A stretch of 63,092 nt of DNA, the filler included, from Tortispora ganteri (Eukaryota), in the NCBI GenBank assembly GCA_003707115.1. It is 27 parts of 27 records of this genome, joined end to end, with 100 filler letters (N's around TTAATTAATTAA, not from the genome) between each part and the next. Parts side by side here need not be neighbours in the genome. Positions count along the whole stretch, not along the records: positions 10,716 to 13,202 come from PPNB01000126.1; positions 13,303 to 15,721 come from PPNB01000127.1; positions 15,822 to 18,234 come from PPNB01000128.1; positions 18,335 to 20,745 come from PPNB01000129.1; positions 20,846 to 23,218 come from PPNB01000130.1; 22 more parts are not named here. One strand, 5' to 3'. Positions within the stretch are counted from its first letter, which is position 1, and every line of letters begins with the position of its first letter. Position numbers and translations under genes: made by a program. The notes under the pieces are model-generated. The model was not told where the DNA came from. It was given only the letters and a program-made list of their open reading frames with translations, and made no database searches. Shown here piece by piece: positions 11,130-21,447 of this stretch.

Positions 11130-11330
11130 CTCTTATTGGCTAATATTAGTCATGTGACATACCTTAATATTCTAAATCATTGCCTCTGAATGGTCAGTCT
11201 TTTATCCCCTGAACCCTGACAATAAATTTGTAACACCCTAACCTGATATTTATGTGTTATTATTGGTCAAAACTAATAAGAACCTTAAATTTTGCTTTGC
11301 TACAATTTATTGGCTTATTTTGAACCGTTC
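11130..11330 (-). promoter_or_regulatory. Cluster of CCAAT / CAGGTTAGGG / AGGGTTCAGGG / GTCACATGA motifs, homologous in order and spacing to the array flank at 41515-41660
   Basis: Minus strand: CCAAT-N17-AGGTTAGGGT-N17-AGGGTTCAGGG...GGTATGTCACATGA..ATATTAGCCAATAAGA. Confidence 0.6.
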
Positions 11331-12169
11331 TCATATTTGGTAAGCGGACAGCTTTTATTGGCCAATTGCAATTAAGCGACACTTTAATACAGATGTAGGC
11401 ATATGGTTTGGTTTATTTGTTTAACAAATTGCAATAGGATATTAAGAAAAGTACATTATTAACAATCAGCATATAGACTCTAGTATAGTTTTTTTAAAAA
11501 TCCCTCAGAGCGTAAAACTGGCGGTAAAAACATCATATGTCGTATGTAGAAATAAAGTCATCTATTGCACAGATAGATTAGCATTAATGTAATATTAAAG
11601 GATTCTACTGAATAATAGTAACTGTTATAGTAATATTGCTTGATTTTACAGTCTAGCTTAAGCATAGACGTCTTCAACTGAGCTTCTCGTATTCGGACAA
11701 CAGATCGCTGGGGTATATGATTGCTGCGGTTTAACACGACCAATTCAAAGAAACTAGGTCTGTATTTAGTCTTAAATACAATTAAACGTAGTTATTAACA
11801 GTTTTTATTCTTTTTTATGTAGTGCTTTCTATACATTTTGATCGTATTTGATCATATCGGGCCGGTTTTCCGGTGAATCTTGCTAATCATAGCCGGTCGT
11901 GCAATAGTGGTTTTAGACACTCTAAGTACATATTCTCAGGCTTAGAGCTTTTGACTTAAAGGCTAAGAAAAATCAAAAACTTCCTCTTATTTGTTCTGGA
12001 GGCTGTTATTCTTGAAATTAGCACATTCACTGCATTAGCGTCTACCTCTTCCGAGACAAAGTTGCTTTCCTAGAATTGAGAAGTTAATCCTTATTACTGG
12101 GTACCCGAAGTTGTCTCATTTCCTGGCCATCCAACAGACCGAGAAATCGACAAATACCCTATATATTAT

Positions 12170-13202
12170 ATGCTTCTCAACGCCAGATTACATAGACTAA
12201 GGCCGCTAAATGGTTTTCTGAATATCGCACGACTGCATTCAGGACACAGAAGCCAGGCGATGCCTGTACACCATTTAAGGTCTTTTTCTGCAGACGAAGA
12301 GAATCTGCGGGCACTATTTGACGAGCAGAAATCTCAGCCTAAAATCTTCGAATCGTTCGATGTGAATGCCGGATTTCTTATGGTTCCGGGTCTAAAGGGC
12401 CCTACAGACTTGGTAAATTTCTCAAATAAGTGTCTAGAGAAATCTCATATTCTTTTGAAACGAATACTTACTGACGGCGCCGAAGGAAAAGAACTGAACA
12501 AGATCGTCAAATTGTTAGACGTTTTATCTGACACTTTATGTCAAGCTATTGATCTTTCTGAGTTTATTAGGACTTCTGGGATTTCTCCAGCTTTCTCTAG
12601 AGCGGCTGAACAGGTCTACGAGCGGATGTTCGAGTTTATGAATATTTTAAATACATCCGAAGAGCTGTATCAGTTGTTATTGCATATTAAGAAGAGATCA
12701 GACGTATGGAACTCTCTTGGTCACGAAGAACAAATGGTTGCAGATATTTTGCTTTATGACTTTGAGAAGTCTGGCGTTAATAGAGGTCACCATACAAGGA
12801 AACAATTCATTGAACTGTCAAATCGGATCGACAATGCCGGAAGAGACTTTGTGATGAACGCCTACCCGGAAAAGGACTCTATTGAATTGCCTGTTTCTCA
12901 GCTTTCTGGAGTAGACCCCAGCGTTCAGTCTAAGCTACCAATAAGAAGAGGTTACGCAACAGTGCCTACTACCGGTCCAATCGCTCACCATATCATGACC
13001 ACAGCCGACAGCGCTGACACCCGTCGAGAGCTTTGGCTGGCTGACAGAAAAACTTCAGATAGACAAGTCTCTCGTCTGGAAACGTTATTGAAGACGCGTG
13101 CAGAACTGGCGCAGACTTTGGGGTTTCAATCTTATGGAGAGTACCAGCTTCGCGACAAAATGGCAAAATCACCTCGTGCAGTGAAAAGATTTCTTGAGAA
13201 CA
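12170..13202 (+). CDS. OCT1: Mitochondrial intermediate peptidase (M3 family), 3' truncated
   Basis: Presequence-like N-terminus, LD.LSDTLCQAIDLSEFIR, MFEFMNILNT, DFEKSG, LL..RAELA..LG..SY....L.DKMAKSP..V..FL. Confidence 0.92.
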
Positions 13203-13302
13203 NNNNNNNNNNNNNNNNNNNNNNNNNNNNNNNNNNNNNNNNNNNNTTAATTAATTAANNNNNNNNNNNNNNNNNNNNNNNNNNNNNNNNNNNNNNNNNN
13301 NN

Positions 13303-15721
13303 TAGTGTTACATCCGGCTCAGTTATTTCTACTGCTTCAAGTAATGCACTAAGTTCTAGTATTGGCTGGAGCTCATATGGTAATTCCAGCACTGGTCATA
13401 TTGTTTCTGAATCGAGTTTTGCTCATGGATCAAGCGCCTTTTCTGATTCTAGTGTTTTTCCCTCTTCATCGATTATAGGTTTGTCAAGCGTTCTATCTTC
13501 TGCATCAACTATAGGCAGCTCTAGTGGTTTGACGCCTTTGTCAAGTGCTGGAATATCAAGTGCCGTATCTCTTTCTTCGATGTTGCCTAACTCGAGTGCC
13601 GGTCAAAGTTTGTCACCTAGTCCCTCGAGTGGTTTGGCATCTTCTGCAATAATCAGCAACTCAAGTGTGGTGTCGACCTCTTTCATAAGCTTCTCGAGTG
13701 CTGTCGTGTCAACTTCTGCATTTGGTAATTCAAGCATGTTGCCAAGTGCTTCAGTTGCTAGCTCGAGCGTTCTTGCGTCTTCGACGATCATAAGCAATTC
13801 AAGTGTTGTGCCAGCTTCATCGGTATTAAGCAACTGGAGCATCTTACCGACTTCAGTCTACAGCAATTCAAGTGCTTTACCGGTTAGTTTGTCTGACGTC
13901 TCAAGCATTCTGTTTTCTTCATCGGTGTTTAGCAACTCGAGCGCCTTGCCATCATCGATCTACAACAACTCTAGTGTGTTATCAACATCGATTTTCAGCA
14001 ACTCAAGCGTCTTACCAACATCGATGTACAGCAACTCGAGTGCTTTGCCATTGTCGATTTACAGCAACTCAAGTGTGTTGCCATCGTCGATTTACCGCAA
14101 CTCAAGTGTGTTGCCATCATCGATCTACAGTAATTTGAGCGTCTTGCCGACATCGATCTACAGTAACTCGAGTGTTTTACCATCTTCGATCTACAGCAAC
14201 TCGAGCGTCTTACCATCATCGATTTATAGCAACTTGAGTGCTTTGCCAACATCGATCTACAGCAACTCTAGTGCCTTGCCATCGTCGATTTATAGCAACT
14301 CGAGTGTGTTGCCATCGTCGATTTACAGCAACTCAAGTGTGTTATCAACATCGATCTACAGCAACTCGAGTGCCTTACCATCGTCGATTTATAGCAACTT
14401 GAGTGTGTTGTCATCGTCGATTTACAGCAACTCAAGTGCTTTACCATCATCTACATACAGCAACTCGAGTGTCTTAACAACATCGATCTACAGCAACTCA
14501 AGTGCCTTGCCGACATCGATCTACAGCAACTCTAGTGCCTTGCCAACATCGATCTACAGCAACTCGAGTGCCTTGCCGACATCGATCTACAGCAACTCGA
14601 GCATCTTACCATCTTCGATCTACAGCAACTCTAGTGCCTTGCCAACATCGATCTACAGCAACTCAAGTGCCTTGCCGACATCGATCTACAGCAACTCGAG
14701 CATCTTACCATCTTCGATCTATAGTAACTCAAGTGCCTTACCATCTTCGATCTATAGTAATTCGAGTGCCTTGCCATCTTCGATCTACAGCAACTCAAGT
14801 GTCTTGCCATCTTCGATCTACAGCAACTCTAGTGTCTTATCAGCTTCGATCTACAGCAACTCTAGTGTCTTAACAACATCGATCTACAGCAACTCGAGCA
14901 TCTTACCATCTTCGATCTATAGTAACTCAAGTGCCTTACCATCTTCGATCTACAGCAACTCTAGTGTGTTATCAACATCGATTTACAGCAACTCGAGCAT
15001 CTTACCATCTTCGATCTACAGCAACTCGAGCGTCTTAACAACATCGATTTTCAGCAACTCGAGTGTCTTACCATCATCGATCTATAGCAACTCGAGTGTC
15101 TTAACAACATCGATCTACAGCAACTCGAGTGTCTTACCATCATCAATTTATAGCAACTCGAGTGTCTTACCAACATCGATCTACAGCAACTCGAGCGTCT
15201 TACCATCATCTACATACAGCAACTCGAGTGTCTTACCATCATCGATCTACAGCAACTCGAGTGTCTTACCAACATCGATCTACAGCAACTCGAGTGTCTT
15301 ACCATCATCTACATACAGCAACTTGAGTGCCTTACCAACATCGTCAGGCAACTCGAGGGCCTTGCCAACATCGATCTATAGCAACTCAAGTGCCTTGCCA
15401 ACTTCGTCAGGCAACTCGAGCGCCTTGCCAACATCGATCTATAGCAACTCGAGTGCCTTGCCGACATCGATATACAGCAACTCGAGCGCCTTGCCATCGT
15501 CGATCTATAGCAACTCGAGTGCCTTACCAACTTCGTCAGGCAACTCGAGCGCCTTGCCAACATCGATCTATAGCAACTCGAGTGTCTTACCAACTTCGTC
15601 AGGCAACTCGAGCGCCTTGCCAACATCGATCTATAGCAACTCGAGTGCCTTGCCGACATCGATATACAGCAACTCGAGCGCCTTGCCATCGTCGATCTAT
15701 AGCAACTCGAGTGTCTTACCA
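13303..15721 (+). CDS. Internal segment of a giant Ser-rich glycoprotein with 11-aa SIYSNSS(A/V)LP(S/T) repeats; continues the gene at 23319-25681
   Basis: Frame open across the whole contig; 33-bp tandem repeats, nearly all with an N-S-S sequon; the first ~62 nt are the reverse complement of 23319-23380. Confidence 0.8.
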
Positions 15722-15821
15722 NNNNNNNNNNNNNNNNNNNNNNNNNNNNNNNNNNNNNNNNNNNNTTAATTAATTAANNNNNNNNNNNNNNNNNNNNNNN
15801 NNNNNNNNNNNNNNNNNNNNN

Positions 15822-18015
15822 ATGGCTGAGATAAGCCGGATTGAACAAGTACTGTGCGGGTAGCATCAGTCATAGTTTGGATGGCCCGTTCAGCAGATCC
15901 ATTCTGTTGAGGAGTATAAGGGAGCGAAGTCTGAATTATACCACCTTCGATATTCACAAACTCACGTAGAGTGTGATTTACGATTTCAGTTCCGTTGTCG
16001 GAACGAATTATCTGAAGGGGCTGTCCGGTGAGAGCAATGCACGATTTTAACCAACCAACCAGTTTGTCAGAAAGGTTAGCCTTAGTCGAGGATGGAAATA
16101 CCGATGTAAAATGGGTATAATCATCTCGAATGAGAAGAAAATACCGTTCACCTCCACGTCCGATAGGAGTAATAGGACCACAAGTGTCAACATGGATAAT
16201 ACCAAGAGGTTTGGTCGCTCGATTTTCGGATGGAGTGAAGGAATGTCGAATTCGTTTGCCTTTAGAGCACGAATCACATTCAATATTGGTAACACGAGAA
16301 TCGATCTGATTGTGTTTAAGAGTTCGGTTAACCGCTTCTTTGTTGAAGTGGCCATAGCGAGCATGCCAGTCTTTGCTGGACGCATTGGCTATTACCGCAT
16401 AGGTACCTGGACCAATGGGTGAGCCGGGATTGCTTGATGTCGACAATTTCAGAATGGGAAGTTTTGACTCTGGGTCATAGCTCCCTCCAAATTTGAAACC
16501 ATTACGATAAGTTACTTTCCAAGAGTGTTTATCGAGGTAAACTCTGGCACCATCCTGAGTCAGTCTATTGGCTGAGAGGATGTTTATATTTCCTAATTCA
16601 GGGAATATGCGTACCTTAGAGAGTTTCAGTGTACGATTGCCTTCGAGCGAAAGCGTTGTCGAACCAATCAAGTCTGTGAATGTATTGTATCCTCCAAACT
16701 GCATATTAATGCCATTTGAGCGTTCTACTGTCTCAAAGCATTGTCCACCACTTACATGAGCAGATGCACCACTATCCAGAATCCACACAGTTCCTGTCGA
16801 AATTGATTCGGGTATGGAGAATGCATTTAGCGTGCTAAAGACAATGTGACAGATATCATTTTCAGATTCCACATTTGCAGGCTTTGATTTCTGTTTCGAT
16901 AGGGACTGTTCAAGGGCGTAACATTGTTGAGCAGAGTGTCCTCGTTTGGAGCAAAATTTGCAGATGGTTGGACCAGCAGTGTTACGATTTGAACGACCAC
17001 TTTTAGATCCTTTCTTCTTGGGTTTCTTAGAGATTCCGGGAGACGAATCAGTCTGATTTCCATGGAGTACAAGTGCCTTGGAGATAGTTGTATTTCCGTT
17101 GTTTTGATTGAATCTGGCACATTGAAAATATCTATCAGTGATTGATTGAATAGGAGGTGCAGGTTCATTTCTCCTGAACGCCTCTTCTACTTCTTCAGTC
17201 ATCTTCGTAACTATCCCTGACTCAGAGACATTTGTTGGCAGGATTTGCAACAAGTGGACTAAGACAGCGTAGTTGCAAATTGGCTTAATAATGTCGATTC
17301 TTTGAGCCATTTTGACAAATTTGTCCACTGCCTCTGTTACTCCATTCAAGGTTGGATTAGTGTTGTCAATCTTAAACAGCATGATTTGAGTCATTAAGTC
17401 ATCGGCAGCTTGGCCGCTTGCGGTATACGCATTCTTGTAGGCTCGTTTCATTATTTGACACAAAGTTGGAGCAGTGTGACCACGAACTGTGCCTAGTTGA
17501 TCGACATGTTCTGGGTTGCCAGATAATTGCCGTTCAATGAGACTTAGAGAGGCTGAAGTGACAATTCTAGCGAGAACTAATTTCGCTTCAGTGTGTTCAA
17601 CAAATTGCCAGTTTCTAGGAAGTCTTTGACCATCGAAGGAGATGATTGAATGTTCTTCCAAGTAAGGATCCTCGTTAATCCAACGCGAAAGTTTTAAATT
17701 GCCTTGGCTTGAGTCAGCGAGATTAAGTATTCTTGATAAGAGGTCAAGAACATCGCTATAGGTTTCAGCACTCAAAACAAATGGTTTCTCATTACTTAGA
17801 TAGGCATCTTTAAAGCTTTCCCTTAATGATCTAGTCAAATTTTTGGAATTGATTCTTTCAAGATTTGCTAACTCTTCGGAATTGCTAGATTGGTCAGAAG
17901 GATGTGAGGGTTCCGCAGGAACCTCAGAAGCTTCTAGAATACTAGAGTCATTGTTTGTTCCAGTTGGAACTTCACTCTGAATGTTGCGACGGCCACGTCC
18001 TCGAGTTTCTGACAT
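15822..18015 (-). CDS. Copia Gag-Pol polyprotein (Gag, Zn knuckle, protease, integrase), truncated
   Basis: CKFCSKRGHSAQQC knuckle, WILDSGASAH protease, WHARYGH...CDSC, IIHVD...IRSDNGTE...PQQNGSAER integrase core. Single uninterrupted ORF with PR-IN order. Confidence 0.95.
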
Positions 18016-18234
18016 TGATACTTTCGGCTTTTAACCTGTTGGAGAACTACCCGAATAGGGTAATGTAGCTTAGGGTTTTGAGCGCAATGAGAGAAACTAC
18101 GTGTAGATACGTGAAGTATTAGAAAGAGGTAAACCTTGATCAGTAATAAGATCTGGGCTAAAAACCTCTTGTCGTACAATATTCTTGATAATGTAACTGA
18201 CTTAACAATGCAGATGTATTGCACTGCAGGGAAG
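15822..18234 (-). mobile_element. Ty1/copia LTR retrotransposon, 5' portion (partial 5' LTR 18037-18234, PBS 18023-18036, gag-pol)
   Basis: LTR ends ...TCCAACA and is followed by GGTTAAAAGCCGAA, then ATG at 18015. The LTR resembles the solo LTR at 43693. Confidence 0.93.
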
Positions 18235-19077
18235 NNNNNNNNNNNNNNNNNNNNNNNNNNNNNNNNNNNNNNNNNNNNTTAATTAATTAANNNNNNNNNN
18301 NNNNNNNNNNNNNNNNNNNNNNNNNNNNNNNNNNTCGAATCAACGCTCTTTGTTATTTCTGGGTGGTCGGACTTATTTCTGTTTGTTCGGAGGTCTAAAT
18401 GTTTTTTTGAACGAAGAATATGGGCACAAATCGGGACCAATGCGGGTAAATTCAGACCACTTTGGCAACCATACAATACCAAAAACAGATCTATTTAAAA
18501 TGTTGCCTTTTATTGGCTTGTTTATTTGCGTTTTCTACGGGGTAGATGGTCGCTAAAGTGTTGGTAAAAGAAGGGAATGGTTGTGAGCAGAGATTACAGA
18601 TTGGGCCTGAAGAAAAAAAACTCTAAAAACTTAAATCCCATATCGGGTAATATATCGAAATAGTAAACTGCCTCCGATCATTGCGCATCGGCACGGATTC
18701 GTTGGAAAAAAAATTAGTGGAAAAAATGATAAAAAGAAAAGAGTGAAAAGAACGAAAAGAATGAAGAAAAAAAAAATCAACCATCTAACGAGCATCTGGC
18801 ATTGAAAAATTGCATGCTAACGTTCTTGCTGTTCGCAGAATATTGTACAGTAATATCGAATGACCGCCCGCAAGTCTGCAGGCTTATGGTGAGACAGCGT
18901 GCTTACAAAAGAGAACTCAAGTTGCGCTTGTGCTCTTTCCAGCCATTAAGCTAGAATTGCTTATAATAGATGTCGGGCGATACAAAGAGGTTGCTGAATA
19001 TCGAATAGATGCAACAACGTTTGAGTTCTAAGATGACGATGTTACCAAGATACTAGTATTCCTGTAGACCAAAATAT

Positions 19078-20745
19078 TTAGCTTGACAAGATACTGGAGT
19101 TCTTGTACACTGAGGATAAAGATGTTGGTAAGGAACTAAAATTGCTGAAAATGGATATCGGCGATACACTCGAGTTGCTAAAAATTGAAGTTGGTAAGAT
19201 GCTCGAGTTGCTGTAAAATGAGGTCGGCAAGACGCTCGAGTTGCTGTAAAATGAAGTCGGCAAGACGCTCGAGTTGCTGTAAATTGAAGTAGGCAAGGCA
19301 GTTGAGTTGCTATAGATTGAAGTAGGCAAGGCAGTTGAGTTGCTATAGATTGAAGTAGGCAAGGCGCTTGAGTTGCTGTAGATCGACGTTGGCAAGGCGC
19401 TTGAGTTGCTGTAGATCGACGTTGGCAAGGCGCTTGAGTTGCTGTAGATTGAAGTCGGCAAGCCGCTTGAGTTGCTGTAAAATGAGGTCGGCAAAACGCT
19501 CGAGTTGCTGTAAAATGAAGTAGGCAAGACACTCGAATTACTATAGATCGACGTTGGCAAGGCACTTGAATTGCTGTAGATCGACGTTGGCAAGACGCTT
19601 GAGTTGCTGTAAGCTGATGTTGGCAAGGCGCTTGAGTTGCTGTAAATCGATGTAGGTGAGGCGCTCGAGTTGCTGTAGATCGACGTTGGCAAGACGCTTG
19701 AATTGCTGTAAATCGACGTTGGCAAGGCACTCGAGTTGCTAAAAACTGAAGTAGGCAAGACGCTCGAGTTGCTTAACACCGTTGAAGAAGACAGAATGCT
19801 CGAGACGTCAGACGAAGAAACCGGTAAAGCACTTGAACTGTTATAGCTAGAAGTTGGTACAACGCTCGAGTTGCTTAACACCGATGAAGAAGATAGAATG
19901 GTCGAGACGTCAGACGAAGTAACCGGTAAAGCACTTGAATTGCTATAGCTAGAAGTTGGTACAACGCTCGAGTTGCTTGACACCGATGAAGAAGACAGAA
20001 TGCTCGAGACGTCAGACGAAGTAACCGGTAAAGCACTTGAATTGCTATAGCTAGAAGTTGGTACAACGCTCGAGTTGCTTAACACCGATGAAGAAGATAG
20101 AATGCTCGAGACGTCAGACGAAGTAACCGGTAAAGCACTTGAATTGCTATAGCTAGAAGTTGGTACAACGCTCGAGTTGCTTAACACCGATGAAGAAGAC
20201 AGAATGCTCGAGACGTCAGACGAAGTAACCGGCAAAGCACTTGAATTGCTGTAGATTGAAGTAGGCAAGGCACTTGAATTACTGTAGATTGAAGTAGGCA
20301 GGGCGCTTGAATTGCTGTAAATCGACGTTGGCAAGGCGCTCGAGTTGCTGTAAATCGACGTAGGCAAGGCACTTGAGTTGCTAAAAACTGAAGTAGGCAA
20401 GACGCTTGAGTTGCTGTAAATCGACGTTGGTAAGGCACTTGAGTTGCTATAGATTGAAGTCGGCAAGGCACTCGAGTTGCTGTAGATCGACGTTGGCAAG
20501 ACGCTTGAATTACTGTAAATCGACGTAGGCAAGGCACTTGAATTTCTGTAAATCGACGTAGGCAAGACGCTTGAGTTGCTAAAAACTGAAGTCGGCAAGA
20601 CGCTTGAGTTGCTGTAAATCGACGTTGGTAAGGCACTTGAGTTGCTATAGATTGAAGTCGGCAAGGCACTCGAGTTGCTGTAGATCGACGTTGGCAAGGC
20701 GCTTGAATTACTGTAAATCGACGTAGGCAAGGCACTTGAATTGCT
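19078..20745 (-). CDS. C-terminal segment of a SIYSNSS-repeat glycoprotein (possibly the same gene as 13303-15721)
   Basis: Same 33-bp repeat plus several longer ~40-aa units; ends ...VYKNSSILSS* with no GPI signal. Confidence 0.75.
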   Translation of the reverse strand, partial: SNSSALPTSIYSNSSALPTSIYSNSSALPTSIYSNSSALPTSIYSNSSVLPTSVFSNSSVLPTSIYRNSSALPTSIYSNSSVLPTSIYSNSSALPTSIYSNSSALPTSIYSNSSVLPTSVFSNSSALPTSIYSNSSALPTSIYSNSSALPTSIYSNSSALPTSIYSNSSALPVTSSDVSSILSSSSVLSNSSVVPTSSYSNSSALPVTSSDVSSILSSSSVLSNSSVVPTSSYSNSSALPVTSSDVSSILSSSSVSSNSSVVPTSSYSNSSALPVTSSDVSTILSSSSVLSNSSVVPTSSYNSSSALPVSSSDVSSILSSSTVLSNSSVLPTSVFSNSSALPTSIYSNSSVLPTSIYSNSSASPTSIYSNSSALPTSAYSNSSVLPTSIYSNSSALPTSIYSNSSVLPTSFYSNSSVLPTSFYSNSSGLPTSIYSNSSALPTSIYSNSSALPTSIYSNSSALPTSIYSNSTALPTSIYSNSTALPTSIYSNSSVLPTSFYSNSSVLPTSFYSNSSILPTSIFSNSSVSPISIFSNFSSLPTSLSSVYKNSSILSS

Positions 20746-20845
20746 NNNNNNNNNNNNNNNNNNNNNNNNNNNNNNNNNNNNNNNNNNNNTTAATTAATTA
20801 ANNNNNNNNNNNNNNNNNNNNNNNNNNNNNNNNNNNNNNNNNNNN

Positions 20846-21447
20846 ACCTTCGATCGGATCGATCGTCTCTGATTGGTCGATCTAAAACTTTAACCTTCGA
20901 TCGGATCGATCGTCTCTGATTGGTCGATCTAAAACTTTAACCTTCGATCGGATCGATCGTCTCTGATTGGTCGATTTAAAAGCTTAACCTTCGATCGGAT
21001 CGATTGTCTCTGATTGGTCGATCCAAAAGCTTAACCTTCGATCGGATCGATCGTCTCTGATTGGTCGATTTAAAAGCTTAACCTTCGATCGGATCGATTG
21101 TCTCTGATTGGTCGATCCAAAAGCTTAACCTTCGATCGAATCGATCGTCTCTGATTGGTCGATCCAAAAGCTTAACCTTCGATCGGATCGATCGCCTCTG
21201 ATTGGTCGATCCAAAAGCTTAACCTTCGATCGGATCGATCATTTTTTATTGCTCGATCCAAAAGCTTAACTTTCGATCGGATCGATTATCTCTTATTGGT
21301 CGATCCAAAAGCTTAACTTTCGATCGGATCGATTACCTCTGATTGGTCGATCTAAAAGCTTAACTTTCGATCGGATCGATTACCTCTGATTGGTCGATCT
21401 AAAAGCTTAACTTTCGATCGGATCGATTACCTCTGATTGGTCGATTT
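20846..21447. repeat. 47-bp tandem array (about 13 units)
   Basis: Unit ACCTTCGATCGGATCGATCGTCTCTGATTGGTCGATCTAAAACTTTA, starting at 20846, 20893, 20940 and so on. Confidence 0.97.

Noticed and set aside
20846..21447. CRISPR-like appearance of the 47-bp arrays
   Set aside because: Units are contiguous with no unique spacers, there are no cas genes, and the context is eukaryotic.
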